From contig NC_043012.1 of the NCBI RefSeq assembly GCF_006345805.1, positions 54,064,001 to 54,128,000 of the forward strand: 64,000 bases of DNA, read 5' to 3'. The position numbers were made by a program, and so were the translations under genes. Shown here piece after piece: positions 22,880 to 35,639 of the stretch. Source of the stretch: Octopus sinensis. Lineage: Eukaryota. Below the pieces are notes generated by a model, which saw only the letters and a program-made list of their open reading frames with translations, was not told the DNA's origin and did not search any database. Within the stretch, counting starts at the first letter, position 1; the number at the start of each line of letters is the position of its first letter.

Positions 22880-25800
22880 AAAGGGACTAAGTCCGGTGGG
22901 TTAATTTTCACTATAGATTCAGTCGACAGCTGTTCTGCATAAACCCACACGTGAGACACTTCCGGGCACTGAACAATAGCGTGCGGGGCGGTTTCCTTGT
23001 CCCGCCCACATCTTGGACAGATCGGAGTGTCTCGGCCACCGTGCCTTGAGAGTTTATCCCGAACAGGTAACACTCCACGGTAACATGGCCATGCCAAAGA
23101 CTTCTGAAAATTATCCAGGTTCTTCGGCCCTAACGTACGTTGGAACAGTCTGGCCAGCTGATTATCGTCAAAACCTAGGGTCTCCCCCAATGTATCATCG
23201 CATTCAGCCTCTACAAACTCTCTATAAATGACAGCGATGGAACCACTACCACATGCATTGCTCGACCGACGGAAAAGCAGGAGTGCCTTGCGTATACCAT
23301 GTACCTAAGTTCGATCTACGATTGAACCAGGTTTCCTGTCCAATGAAACCAGTGAACCTGGAAAACATCTGTTTCGCCTGCGAAGACCACACTCGTTCAC
23401 CATCCAGGTAGATCCACAGGCGCCTCAGCCTCAGGGCATCAATAGCCAAGGCATCCCTAGCCCACACTTTAACGGTTGTTTATAGGAAATAGAGCGTCTC
23501 ACAAGTGGTTTCAAACCCTGCCACAAGAAGTGGAAGAGCTGTCTTTCCAGCTTGATCAACCACGAATCAGGACAAGGCACGACGATTAGGCGGTATGTGA
23601 CAACCGATGCGATAAACACATTGACTACCTCCGCCCTCCCTTTCAGGGATATCCACCGCCAAGACCAGGTCTTGACATGTGGGTCACCCTACTCGATAAC
23701 TCGGCCCAATTCTTCTCTATTTGGAGGTCTGGTCCGAACTAAACTCCTAGCAACTTAATCGGACCCTCCGTCTAACGTCCCACGACGCTGTCAGGAGGTA
23801 TCAAATTGCCTCTCCAGGTGCCGAGCTGCAAGCCTACTGATTTTTCACGACTAACTTTTGCTCCTGCCACTGTCTCGTATTCCTCAATGGCCTTGTTTAC
23901 CCTCTGTAGGTGAGTCATTTTGGTCGCGATGATGGTGATGTCATCCGCGTAGGCTGAAACCGACATCTCACAACCTGGCTGTCTCGGAATGCCACTCAGC
24001 CTTCGCAGCAATGGCTCGAGAGCCATCACATACAAAGTGGGGAGAGCGGACATCCTTGACGAACCGAGCGTTTGACGCTAAACGGCTTAGACAGAAAGCC
24101 GTTCACCCGAACTACCGAGAGTCAATGTTGTAATACACTTGAACGATCCACCTGAGGAAGCCAAGACCCAGGCCAACTGTGCCAGAACGGACACCAGGTA
24201 GTGATGGTCGACCCTATCAAAAGTTTTTGATTGGTCTAAATGCACTGCTGCTGCTCCTCCCTTGCCGGAATCGTTATTAATTCCCTCTATGGTGTATCGT
24301 ATAAGATGGAGATTATCCTTATGGATCTGCCGAAGATGGCGCATATCTGTGCTTCCCCGATCAGCCCATCCTCGACACGCGCCAATATTTTCGATAACAC
24401 TTTGGCAAAAATCTTCAGCTCTGCGTTGAGCAGAGTGATGGGCCTAAAATTATCAATGACATCCCCCTTGTTTGGGTCCTTTCTGACGAATGTCACCACT
24501 CCCCGGCTTACAGATCTGGGGTTGAGCCCCTTCTGTTGCCAGTTCGCGTAGTCACTCGCCAATAGGTGTCCGAACAAGTCAGACATACTCTTATACAGCT
24601 TGTAGGGTAGACCATCCAACCCTGGCACCTTACCCGCTTCGCAGTCCGCCATGGCCTCTTTTACCTCTCCAGGCGTGATCGGCCCCTCACTACACCTCGC
24701 ATCCTGCTCCAAGAGGCGCGGCAGCCCGGCGAGGAAGTCCGCTACATCCTTCCTGTACTCCGGCTCACCGCCCCTCCGAAAAGCTGGGCGAAGTGGTCCT
24801 GAAAGACCTCACACATCTCCTCGGGTTAGTTTATCATCTTACCTTATTGGTTCGTCAAAAATTGGATTGTGGCATCATTACTACGTTGGGCTTCCACCAC
24901 TCGGACCTATCCTGCGGCCTTGATTCTTTCACAACCCACTGCACGAAGCCTAGCCCTGACAATGCAACCCATGTGTTTGGCTTCGAAGTGCTTGTTTAAC
25001 GCCAGTCTCTTGATCTTCACCTGAGCCGCTGTGCCAGTTTTCATTGCCTCATCTAAATCCTTAACTAAAGCTCATTCCCTCCTAGCCTCTCAAGCCACTA
25101 AACCTATGCTATATCTAATAGACTCATATTTAATGGCTCGCTTGAGGGCTACCACTAATTGTTGTTAATAATGGCTCCGGTTAATGCCCTCTGAATTAAC
25201 ATCTTAATCCGATCTCTGTATTCCTTAATCGCCAAAAGGGACGTATTAAGTTTCCAGTAGCCGGGACCTCTATATAACTTAGCTATGTCGAATTACAGGT
25301 GACCAGCTTGTGATCACTATAGCTGACCATGTGAAACTGTGGACACCTAGCTATCTTCTTATCTACTTTTCCAATTCATACTCCATCTAGATAAGACCCG
25401 GAAGATCCGTCGCTGTTGGAGCATTCGGAAATTCCAATCTGTATGGATCTACCAACAAAACGTCTTAGTATATCCTGGAAGCAAACATTACGTCTCGTAT
25501 TAACGCACGAGCCAACATAATCGGCGCGTGCATCGCATATTGTGTTATAGTCTCCTAGCACAACTAAGAGATGTTATGTACCAAGACACTTCTCTAGGTT
25601 CTGATAATACTCAGTTTGCCCCGTATCTTGAGGTGCATAAATTTGCAACCTGTCAGATAGTCTTATAACGGCTGAACGTCAAGTCAATGACGACCGGCCT
25701 ATCTTCTGGATCTGCAAAAATCAACTTTTTTCTCAGAAACCCGGTTTCGTTTTAATAGGACTAACACCCCGCTCCCGCTATGAGCACAACACAGAGACAT

Positions 25801-25974
25801 GAAACTTTAGTAACCGTCAAACAGCGGGAGCAGATCTCTTGGCCCCTTCAACCGGGTTTCTGTAGCAGCAACAGCATCTAAATCCCGTGACCTGACGTCA
25901 TTTAGGAGGCGTCCTTGCTTCCAACTAGACGTCAGGCCACGCACATTTATACATCCAACGTGAATGCTTGACAT
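22880..25974 (-). pseudogene. Tx1-like ORF2 (APE endonuclease + reverse transcriptase + zinc finger)
   Basis: Start MSSIHVGCINVRGL; LGDYN; GKVPGLDGLP; NFRPITLLNAELKI; LDQSKTFDRVDH; YADD at 23940-23951; CPRC..ETAPHAIVQC. Multiple stops and frameshifts. Confidence 0.92.
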
Positions 25975-25999
25975 GGACTTGCCTTAGACAGTGGTACTC

Positions 26000-27478
26000 T
26001 CTTTTTCACTGGTTCGTGGGGTGATATTCTGACATATGTCCTCGTAAATCGACTTGTTAAAATCAAGTCGTGGAGGACCCATGTAAGTTGGGTGGTAGTT
26101 TTTTAAGATGTTATAGCTCATTTTTATCTATTTTGTAAATGGCATTATTTTCTGGTGTCTTATGGTGATGTTTGTAAATTGACGCCGTTGGTATTTGCTT
26201 TAACCTTATTCTTAATTGTTCGTTATCATTGTTTATTGCAATCAGTATTTTCGTATATTCGTTAGATTTTCTTGGACTTGATACCGGGAACAGATTGCCT
26301 GGGCTTGGCGAATGATGGACGATATCTGAGAAAGGGAGGAAATCCGAACTAGAGATGCAAGGGGGGACTCATCGCCGAGGGGAGAATAGGATGGGGAGGA
26401 ATCTGATATTGTTGACTTTTGGAGGGAATCGTGGTGGGGTTGGGTAATTTTTCTTGAGTTTTTCTTTTGGTTGTTGTAGGGTTGGGTTGGTTGTCGTTAT
26501 TATTTTTCCTTTTTTGGGGTCTTACTACCGACCAGCCGTCTTTTTCCCCGGCTTGTTGATCACCATCAGTGCCGGGGTTCTGCTGGTCGGTCTTTTGGTT
26601 TTGTTCTTTTTTCTCTTGTTCTTTTTTTCTCTTCTTCTTTCTACTTGCGGGTGGGGCAGTTTACTTTAATGTGGCCTTTTTCGCCATATTCGTAGCATCT
26701 GGGTTTCCTGCCCTCCACCAATATCCGCAAGGAGGTTTCTTCTTCTATGTGGATGTTCTCAGCAATTTCTTCTAATGTCTGGGGGTCGCTTGGATTATGA
26801 TCTCAAGCCCTTGATCCCGCCAGTTCTGTTTTTGTATTCTAGAAGCTTCAATCATCTTGATTTTATCTTCAAGCCTCATTAGAAGGGCTGAGATAATTTA
26901 GATGACATTTATTTCTGCTGGGATTTCCTCGACAACTATCTTGAATGTTCTACCCATAGAAGTTGGTAATAAAATGACTTCATTGATTTGAAGTACACTA
27001 CTATAGCGTCGTATCTTTTCCCTCTGGTCAAGAACTCGATGTCTTGCCAGATGGGTTGTAGACACTTCTCGATTTGTTCTTTGGATGCTTTGTCTATTTT
27101 CTTGTTTTTCATTATCATTGTCTTATTTTCCTCTTTGTTTCTCCGATGAGTTGGTGAGGGAGGGTGGCTTTAACATCAAAACCTTCCCTTTCGAACATAA
27201 CTTCTGTGCTGCCGCAGTGAATCTAGCTCTATGTTCAATTTATCTTTTCTCACACCGGCTGCGGTGACAAAACTAATCTTCTTTTGGTTGTCTTCTGTTG
27301 GGTTTTCTTTTCCGTTATTCATTTTATCGTTTTCAGCATTTATTTTTCCTTCTTGGTTCCTTTTCCCGTTTATTGCATTAACGTGGTCTTCGTTCACATT
27401 TTCGTTCATTTTGTCTTGTTTTACAGTTGCTCTTTGTTTAGCTTCGTCAGGGTTAGAAGACTTGTCCTCCGAATTCAT
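26000..27478 (-). pseudogene. Tx1-like ORF1 (gag-like) pseudogene
   Basis: MNSEDKSSNP start; zinc knuckle RCYEYGEKGHIKVNCP near 26653-26700 (second Cys mutated to Tyr); Lys-rich C-terminal part. Confidence 0.75.
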
Positions 27479-28239
27479 TTTCACAAAAATAAATATTTTC
27501 CAAAATATTTTTTTCAAAACTTATTTTCCACTCCTTACGGAGGGGAACAACAGTCCATTACGTTTGTTAATACAGAACGTAGAACAACAACAAAAGTTCA
27601 GAATTTAACAATAAATGGCAACAATAACAATAAATAATAATAACAATTACTAACCAAATTCTCGCAGAGACAAATTAACCGTAATGTGCTAACGTTTCTG
27701 ACTTCTTTATTGCCCACAGAGGGGACAAACAAGGACAGACAAAGGGATTAATTCGATTACATCAACCCTCAATAAAGTATACCAGTCAAGTACTGGAGTC
27801 GATATCATCATTCTCTCAGCAAACCGCTTTAGTCTTGTTTTCTCACAGAAAAATCAATATTAATTCTGTAGCAAATAATCGTAAATTTAATACTTACTGA
27901 AACTGTCCTTTTTTTATGCTTGTTTTCCTGTCCAAGTTATTTCTGCAGTGTGATAATCCTAGCGTGACCAGATTATATCGTAGCCTCAGTTGTCGATTGC
28001 CATTTTTTTTATCTATACGCCATCGCTGTTGACGTCTTCATCGTCTTTGCTGTTGTTTCGTTGTTGTACCAACCACTGGGGCAATAAACCATGGAAGTCC
28101 TTTCAAAGGCGACGGCTAAAAACCTGATGAAGGACAATGGTATTACAACATTTGGTTAACTTGTGACAATGGTATTAAACCAGATATGTGGCGTGTCTGT
28201 CACCTTGTTTAACATAAGTTGTAGTAGAAAGATGAGGAT

Positions 28240-28325
28240 GATGATGATAATGCTGCTGATGATGAGGAGGAGGAGGAAGAGGAGGAGGAGGAGGAGGAGG
28301 AGGAAGAGGAGGAAGAGGAGGAGGA
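28240..28325. repeat. (GAT)n/(GAG)n microsatellite
   Basis: Read directly. Confidence 0.9.
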
Positions 28326-28921
28326 TGTTTATGTATGTCCAGAACAGCATTGCCTAAGGTGTCCATTCCTTATTTAAAGATGACAAGCCGTGATTTGAGG
28401 CAAATTTGATGGTAATTTTTTGCAGATTGAGCGACTCCGTAAAGATACCTTTTGGGGTTGTGAGCATATTAGCTATGTGTGTGTTAAATGTATGTGAGTA
28501 AGTGTATGGGAGTACGTGTGTGCGTGTATGTATGTGAGTACGTGTATGTGTGTGTATGTATGTAAGTACGTGTATGCGTGTGCTGTATGGATTCGTGTGT
28601 CATGTTAAGTAGATATACGCTTAAAGATGGTCCAGCTATAACGATCTTGTCATTTTTGTCATATCTAGTACTGCATGTATAAAATAACGAAAGCAGCTTT
28701 ACGCATTGTAAAACCAAAAAGGAGACATTCACTAATTGTGACTGGGGGTGCCGGGTAGCACATGTATTGCTAGAAATAAGAGTTGAAAAAACCCTTAGAG
28801 TCGCCAAAAAGCACATTTTCATATACTGACAAAGGAGATAGTCGCCCCACAGCGAGCGAGATCACTATGCCAGTCTAGTTTCGCTTGAAAATTACAAGCA
28901 CTTCTATAGTGAGTACTTCAT

Positions 28922-28952
<31 letters not shown>

Positions 28953-28969
28953 ATATATATATATATATG

Positions 28970-29044
<75 letters not shown>

Positions 29045-29171
29045 TATATATTGTTATATTTCGGAATGGTCATATTGCCAGTTTAGCCAATAAAAACACA
29101 CGCACTATATATTTGGTGTTATTTTGCTTCAGTGATATTTATTTTTTACATTAATCTTAATCTTATTTCGG

Positions 29172-29211
29172 CCAAAGTTCTTTCGTCACACTCCTGTGAC
29201 CGCATCAGTGG
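29172..29211 (-). ncRNA. Hammerhead-like motif, core CTGATGC
   Basis: CCA-CTGATGC-G-GTCAC(AGGAGT)GTGAC-GAAAG-AA-CTT-TGG, with a perfect 5-bp stem II. Confidence 0.55.
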
Positions 29212-29274
29212 TCCTTTGTTTTCTTCTCACGGTTAGTAAGGAGAGACACAAATAAGTGAGAAGAAAACAAAGGA

Positions 29275-29314
29275 CCACTGATGCGGTCGCAGGAGTGTGA
29301 CGAAAGAACTTTGG
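29275..29314 (+). ncRNA. Hammerhead-like motif, core CTGATGC
   Basis: Mirror copy of 29172-29211 with a G-U pair in stem II. Confidence 0.5.
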
Positions 29315-29491
29315 CCGAAATAAGATTAAGATTAATGTAAAAAATAAATATCACTGAAGCAAAATAACACCAAATATATAGTGCGTGTGTTTTTATTGGC
29401 TAAACTGGCAATATGACCATTCCGAAATATAACAATATCTGTTTCAACACACGACTTCACATAAAAAATCTTGCACAACAAATATTTAAAC

Positions 29492-29534
<43 letters not shown>

Positions 29535-29648
29535 TATAAGTATGGATCAAAACACTTTGATTCAAGTGTTTTGATCCATATATGTAACTCCCCTCAAAAA
29601 TGTATTGAGTGCCTTTCTTTCGTTTGTCCACTCACATATGTATATTTT

Positions 29649-29700
<52 letters not shown>

Positions 29701-29701
<1 letters not shown>

Positions 29702-30946
29702 GAGAGGCGTTCAATAAGTAATGCCTCTGACCCACTTGCATGTGCAATTATGTATATCTCTATAGATTAAGTGAAAAATTACAGCTCTGAACTAATGGTG
29801 GTTTCTGATTTACAGGTGTTTGAACCGAGTCAAGTGTGAAATGGAGCATGTTGAGTGTCTTTCAGTGATCCGGTTTTTGTATTTGAAAGGACGCACGCCA
29901 CGGGAGACTTTTAATGAAATAAAAGTAACTTATGGTGATAATGCCCCATCATATGACCTTGTAAAACGCTGGCATCGTGAATTCAAACATGGTCGGAACT
30001 CTGTGGAAACATCTCCCAAATCTGGTCGCCCCCCCCTTCTGCCATTGATGATGCATCTGTCCGTCAAGTTGAGGCTGCCACTTTGGAAGATCGACGCATA
30101 ACTATTTGCCAAATAGCCGATGAGGTCAAGATTAGTACCAGGTCTGTGGAAACTATCATTCATGACCATTTGCATATACAAAAGGTGTCTGCCAGATGGA
30201 TTCCCAGGTTGCTCACACCTTTCCAGAAGCAAGAACGCATCGAGTGCTCGAGGATGAATTTGGAGATGTGCCGAGAAGATGAGTCAAAATTTTTCAAAAG
30301 ACTGATTACACAGGATGAAACCTGGGTCCATCACTATGATCCAGAGACCAAAGCCCAGTCAATGCAGTGGAAGCACCGTGACTCACCCCCTCCAAAGAAG
30401 GCAAGGTCATGCTCACAGTCTTCTGGGACCAGGACAGAGTAGTGATGACAGATTTCCTGGCAAAGGGTACCACAATTACAGGAGCCTATTATGCTTCACT
30501 TTTGAGAAAATTAAGAGAAGCTATCAAAATCAAGAGGCGGGGCAAGATCAGCAAAGGCATCCTCCTCCTGCAGGACAACGCTCCGGTCCACAACTCGCTT
30601 GTCGCCAGATCAGAAGCACAGGCGTATGGCTATAAACTCCTCCCCCATCCCCCCTACTCTCCTGACCTTGCACCCTCTGATTTTCACCTCTTCCCAGCCA
30701 TGAAGTTGTTTTTGAAAGAAAAGCATTTCCCAGATTATGCAGCCTTGATTTCTGAAGTCACGTTGTGGTTGGAAGACCAAGCTGGGGTCTCCTAAAAATA
30801 TGGTCTCCAGAGCTGCATCAAACGATGGGAGCAATGCGTAACTCTGGGTGGTTGCTATGTAGAAAAAGACTAATAACTGTGCCAAGTTTCGTTGCTCTAC
30901 TGCTATGGGAAGTGGGTCAGGGGCATTACTTATTGAACGCCCCTCG
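29701..30946 (+). mobile_element. mariner element, near full length
   Basis: TIRs CGAGAGGCGTTCAATAAGTAATGCCTCTGACCCACTT and its near-inverse, with TA on both flanks. Confidence 0.95.
29841..30873 (+). pseudogene. mariner DD34D transposase pseudogene
   Basis: HTH region, WIPRLLT, TQDETW, QDNAPVH with 34 residues to the D of YSPDLAPSD; two frame breaks and an internal stop. Confidence 0.95.
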
Positions 30947-31006
30947 TATATATACTATAATAGTAACAAAAGAATGAGACCTCGATATTAGATAGAGGAT
31001 TATTTA

Positions 31007-31143
31007 TATATGTTATAATTTAGAACAAACAGTAACAAGTTGTCATTATAGTATACGGAGTTTCGAATCAGAGCGAAGAGCTACGATGCGTTTTCGTCGG
31101 CTATTAATGACAACTTTTTACTGTTTGTTCTAAATTATAACAT

Positions 31144-31146
<3 letters not shown>
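31007..31146. repeat. Inverted repeat (42-bp arms) enclosing a degenerate hammerhead-like spacer
   Basis: 31007-31048 vs 31105-31146, one mismatch; the spacer minus strand has CCGACGA...GAAAC. Confidence 0.8.
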
Positions 31147-31209
<63 letters not shown>

Positions 31210-31280
31210 ACTAATGTAGGATAAAATTTTTTATCAATGGCCAGCATATCAAAAAATACCTTTAAAGATTAAATTTATAA

Positions 31281-31471
31281 ATAATTTACAAGATAAGGGC
31301 AAAAGAAAAATTTTAATGCCAAATATGCCGAAAAAAAGACAAAAATTGGCAATAACCATTATAATTTATATAAATTTATAATTTAAATTATAATGGTTAT
31401 TGACAATTTTTGTCTTTTTTTCGGCATATTTGGCATTAGAATTTTTCTTTTACCCTTAACTTGTAAATTAT
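31281..31471. repeat. Inverted repeat (~88-bp arms, ~15-bp spacer), PLE-like end sequence
   Basis: 31281-31368 vs 31384-31471, about three substitutions. Confidence 0.85.
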
Positions 31472-31483
31472 GTATATATATAC

Positions 31484-31518
<35 letters not shown>

Positions 31519-31557
31519 CATATATATATAGTTATATTAATATATATTTATTATTTA

Positions 31558-31607
<50 letters not shown>

Positions 31608-31759
31608 CATTTATATTTATATACATATGTTATATATATATTTATACACATGTTTATATATATATTATATTTATATATTTATATATATTTATATTTGTAT
31701 ATATATTTATATATGTTATATATATTTATATATATAATATATATATATAGTTATATATG

Positions 31760-31810
<51 letters not shown>

Positions 31811-31811
31811 G

Positions 31812-31853
<42 letters not shown>

Positions 31854-31890
31854 ATATTATATATATATATATTATATAATATATATATAT

Positions 31891-32667
31891 AATAAAGAGT
31901 AAAATTAATTAATCAATTTATGATTAGTACTTTCACCAAGTAGTTCGGTATTTTAAAAGAACCATTATAGGTAAACTTATACAAAAATTCTATAATTATG
32001 AGCATAATTATAATTAGTGTTGAGCAAAATTTTCTTCACCACAAACCGAAATTTAGAAATAGCAGTTAAAATACTATTCTACTATCATAAGATATCTCCC
32101 AGACAGCAATACTGAACAACTCATGCACGTAAAGAGAAAAAATAACGAGTCCACCCGGCATTGATTATCTGTATACGCGTATCGGGGTTAAAGAGATGTA
32201 AAAAGATGTAAAATCATATTTCTACTAACTCATTCCCTTCATCAGTACAGTATTTCAAATTTTAAATTTGTGAGCACTGATAATTAACATACATACTCGA
32301 CCAAGTGCCATCGAATAGCATATATCCAAAGACCAGTACTTCCGAATCCAAACAGACGAATGAGATCTCGTATTCTTCCTCAATCACCCACGTGTACCGA
32401 CGAATAAAATCCAAAGAAACTGCAGTTTACTATCATGGAGAGAATTATATTATCAATAATAATAAAGGGTAAAATTAATTAATCAATTAATAATTTGTAC
32501 TTTTACCAAGTAGTTCGGTATGTTAAAAAAACATATAATTATGTGCATAATTATAATTAGGGTTCAGCAAAATTTGCTTCACCACAAACCGAAATTTAGA
32601 AATAGCAGTAAAAATACTATTCTACTACCATAAGATATCTCCCAGACAGCAATACTGAACAACTCAC
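31891..32667. mobile_element. Tandem diverged terminal repeats (period 570), probably PLE pLTRs
   Basis: AATAAAG(A/G)GTAAAATTAATTAATCAATT...CAGACAGCAATACTGAACAACTCA at 31891 and 32461. Confidence 0.55.
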
Positions 32668-32965
32668 ATGTTCACCAGATATTGCTCCTTCGGATTTCCA
32701 CTCATTCAGGTCTCTGCAGAATAGTCTTAATGGTAAAAATTTCAATTCCTTGGATGACGTAAAAAGATGCATTGATGAATTCTTTGCCATGAAACCACCT
32801 CAATTCTGGGAAGAGGGTATTTTCAAGTTAAAGGAAAGATAGAGATGCATTGTGTAACAAAATGGTTAAATGGTTAATATTTGGTTGATTAAAAATGTAA
32901 TGGCAAGTATTTATTGGCCTTTTGCTTTCCTTTAAAAATCGGCACGAACTTTCCAGACAACCCAA
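32668..32965 (+). mobile_element. Partial copy of the ~550-bp mariner family (3' end + TIR)
   Basis: SPDIAPSDFHSFRSLQN...; ends AAATCGGCACGAACTTTCCAGACAACCCAA. Confidence 0.88.
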
Positions 32966-33009
32966 TTATATATATATATATATTATATATATATACTTTT
33001 ATATATATA

Positions 33010-33068
<59 letters not shown>

Positions 33069-33227
33069 TTTTATTCTTTTATTCCTTCAGTCATTCTGAG
33101 GCTTTTGCACTTTTATATACCATTCTTCTGTGGCTGGTTTCTTCCGGCTGGTGGGATTTCATATCACCTCTCTTTTATGCGGTTTTCACATGGCTGTTGA
33201 CCCAAGTGTGTGTGTGCGCGCGCGCGC

Positions 33228-33259
<32 letters not shown>

Positions 33260-33845
33260 TCATCATTATTTAGTATCCATGTTCCATGCTTTTCATGGAT
33301 ACAATGAGTCAAAAACTGCGTATAACAAATTCCTTTCTAAGAAGAGAAAGAAACTTGATGTGAGCGCTCATTCTGCTAAAAAATATGCCTAAATGATCCG
33401 ACTCAAAATATACTTTGTCATCTTAAAAAAAATGAGGTGTACTTGGGCAATATCATTTAGGATAAGCAAAACAAAAACACGAGATGGTCTCGGCTGGAAA
33501 CCTTTTTACTCTATAGCCAAGTTAAGGGCTAAACAACACCAGCAAATTACTCTATATTGTCTTAAATTAACTTCTTCAGTAACTATAGATTAAACAGGAA
33601 TCGTTGGACAAGGAAGAGAAAAAAGCGCATTAAAGAAAAAATCTCAGAAACTGCGATTAAGAAATCTCAGACAAATAAAAACTAAAGCAGTTTCACAATT
33701 TGGGCGTTGGTCTCTAAGGGAGCTAAGACCTTTTATAAACACACACGCACTTACACACACACACACACATACACACACGAGTATTATGTATGTATATATA
33801 TATTATATATATATATATATATATGCATGTATGTATGTATGTATG

Positions 33846-33904
<59 letters not shown>

Positions 33905-34003
33905 GTATACAAATATGTATATATCATATATATATAAATATATCTATACATTTCTAAATACATATGCGTATGCATACATACATGCATATATATATATATA
34001 TAT

Positions 34004-34041
<38 letters not shown>

Positions 34042-34600
34042 GTGTGTGTGTGTGTGTATTTATATATACAAATATATAAACATATTTATACATGTATAAG
34101 TATTTTTCTCTGTGTTAGCAAAAGAAAAATAAAAGGAATTCTATTTTGTGTTGCACGAAATGTAAACCGTGAGAAGGACAGATACGATATTCAGCCGGAT
34201 GTTTGGGAGTGGTTAGGAGAGAAATATCTAAAGCTGACAGTTGCGAAACAATATGAAGTATTCGCAGTTAAAATCCTTTTACACAACGATTTGTTCCGTT
34301 TCAGAAAAGGATGTTTGTACGATGATTGGTCGCACAAAATATATCGTTGTATATATATTTTAAAAAAAGGAATCAGGGGGAAATGATTCACATTGAATTA
34401 GTTTGAATCTGTGTATTTGTCCATATGTGTGTGTATGTTTATCTGTCTATATGTCTGTATGTCTGTTTGTAAGTGAAGGTGTGTAGCCTAGCGTGTGTGT
34501 GTTGTGAATGTGTGAGTGAAGGCGTGTGTTTAATGAACTGCCCTTGCGATCTCATGATCATGGTTTCGATTCTTGGACCGGCGGTGTGTTGCCTTGTTCC

Positions 34601-35019
34601 TTATTTCTTTATTGCCCACAAGGGGCTAAACATAGAGGGGACAAACAAGGACAGACAAACGGATTAAGTCGATTACATCGACCCCACTACGTAACTGGTA
34701 CTTAATTTATCGACCCCGAAAGGGATGAAGGACAAAGTCGACTTCGGCGGAATTTGAACTCAGAACGTAGTAGCAGACGAAATACCTATTTCTTTACTAC
34801 CCACAAGGGGCTAAACATAGAGAGGACAAACAAGGACAGACAAACGGATTAAGTCGATTATATCGACCCCAGTACGTAACTGGTACTTAATTTATCGACC
34901 CAGAAAAGGATGAAAGGCAAAGTCGACCTCGGCAGAATTCGAACTCAGAACGTAACGGCAGGCGAAATCCCGCTAAGCATTTCGCCCGGTGTGTTAACGT
35001 TTCTGCCAGCTCGCAGCCT
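34601..35019 (-). mobile_element. SINE family B dimer (B1 tail)
   Basis: Unit starts at 34601 and 34786; head at about 34960-35019. Confidence 0.92.
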
Positions 35020-35574
35020 TGGTGCCTTGTTTCTGTCCAACGAGTAACTCTGCGACGGACTAGAGTTCCGTTTAAAAGGATGTGGGGTTCATACACAGCC
35101 AAAGATACTTGCATCTTCAAGAAAAAACGCTTCTAGTAAGACGTCAAGAAATTTAATTAAACGAATTTCAAAAAATTTATTGTAGATCTTTTTTTTTTTT
35201 CGTCGTGAACTATTGATGTAATCAATTATCAACCCTGAAGGACCCTGGCTTCTATGTGAAAATAATCGGAAAGGAAGTTGAAAGAATGGGATGTGAAAGG
35301 AGAAGTCTGAGACCCTGGAGCACTTCAATTCTCATGTCCTCGTTATTAACGTAGTTAACAATGAAAAATAAACCTAGGCAGCCATCTTACGTAGATACAC
35401 ATACATAATTTCAAAATTTCAACTAAATTCAACTCCGAGAGATAACATCATCATCATCATGTCCGTAATTAATATCAGTACGTGTAAACATATCGGTAGA
35501 TTAAAAGATTAATATCTGTAAGCGTATGTATACATACATATGATATATGTATATATACATACATATACATATAC

Positions 35575-35631
<57 letters not shown>

Positions 35632-35639
<8 letters not shown>

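Larger units (their letters stand above)
22880..27565 (-). mobile_element. Tx1/L1-clade non-LTR retrotransposon, near full length, 3' end missing
   Basis: ORF1 with zinc knuckle followed by ORF2 with APE endonuclease, RT and a C-terminal CCHC motif, in L1/Tx1 order. Confidence 0.9.
29048..29438. mobile_element. Penelope-like terminal fragment in fold-back form (183-bp arms, 25-bp spacer)
   Basis: 29048-29230 and 29256-29438 are reverse complements with one substitution seen (GTCAC/GTCGC). Confidence 0.78.

Noticed and set aside
27176-27637. Independent protein-coding genes from the ORFs at 27176-27637
   Set aside because: The minus ORF is the 5' part of the Tx1-like ORF1, and the plus ORFs are its antisense shadows.
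28124-28130. CTGATGA box
   Set aside because: No paired stem II or GAAA; expected by chance.
32215-32262. Minus-strand CTGATGA...GAAAT as a hammerhead
   Set aside because: Stem II does not pair; at best a decayed relic.
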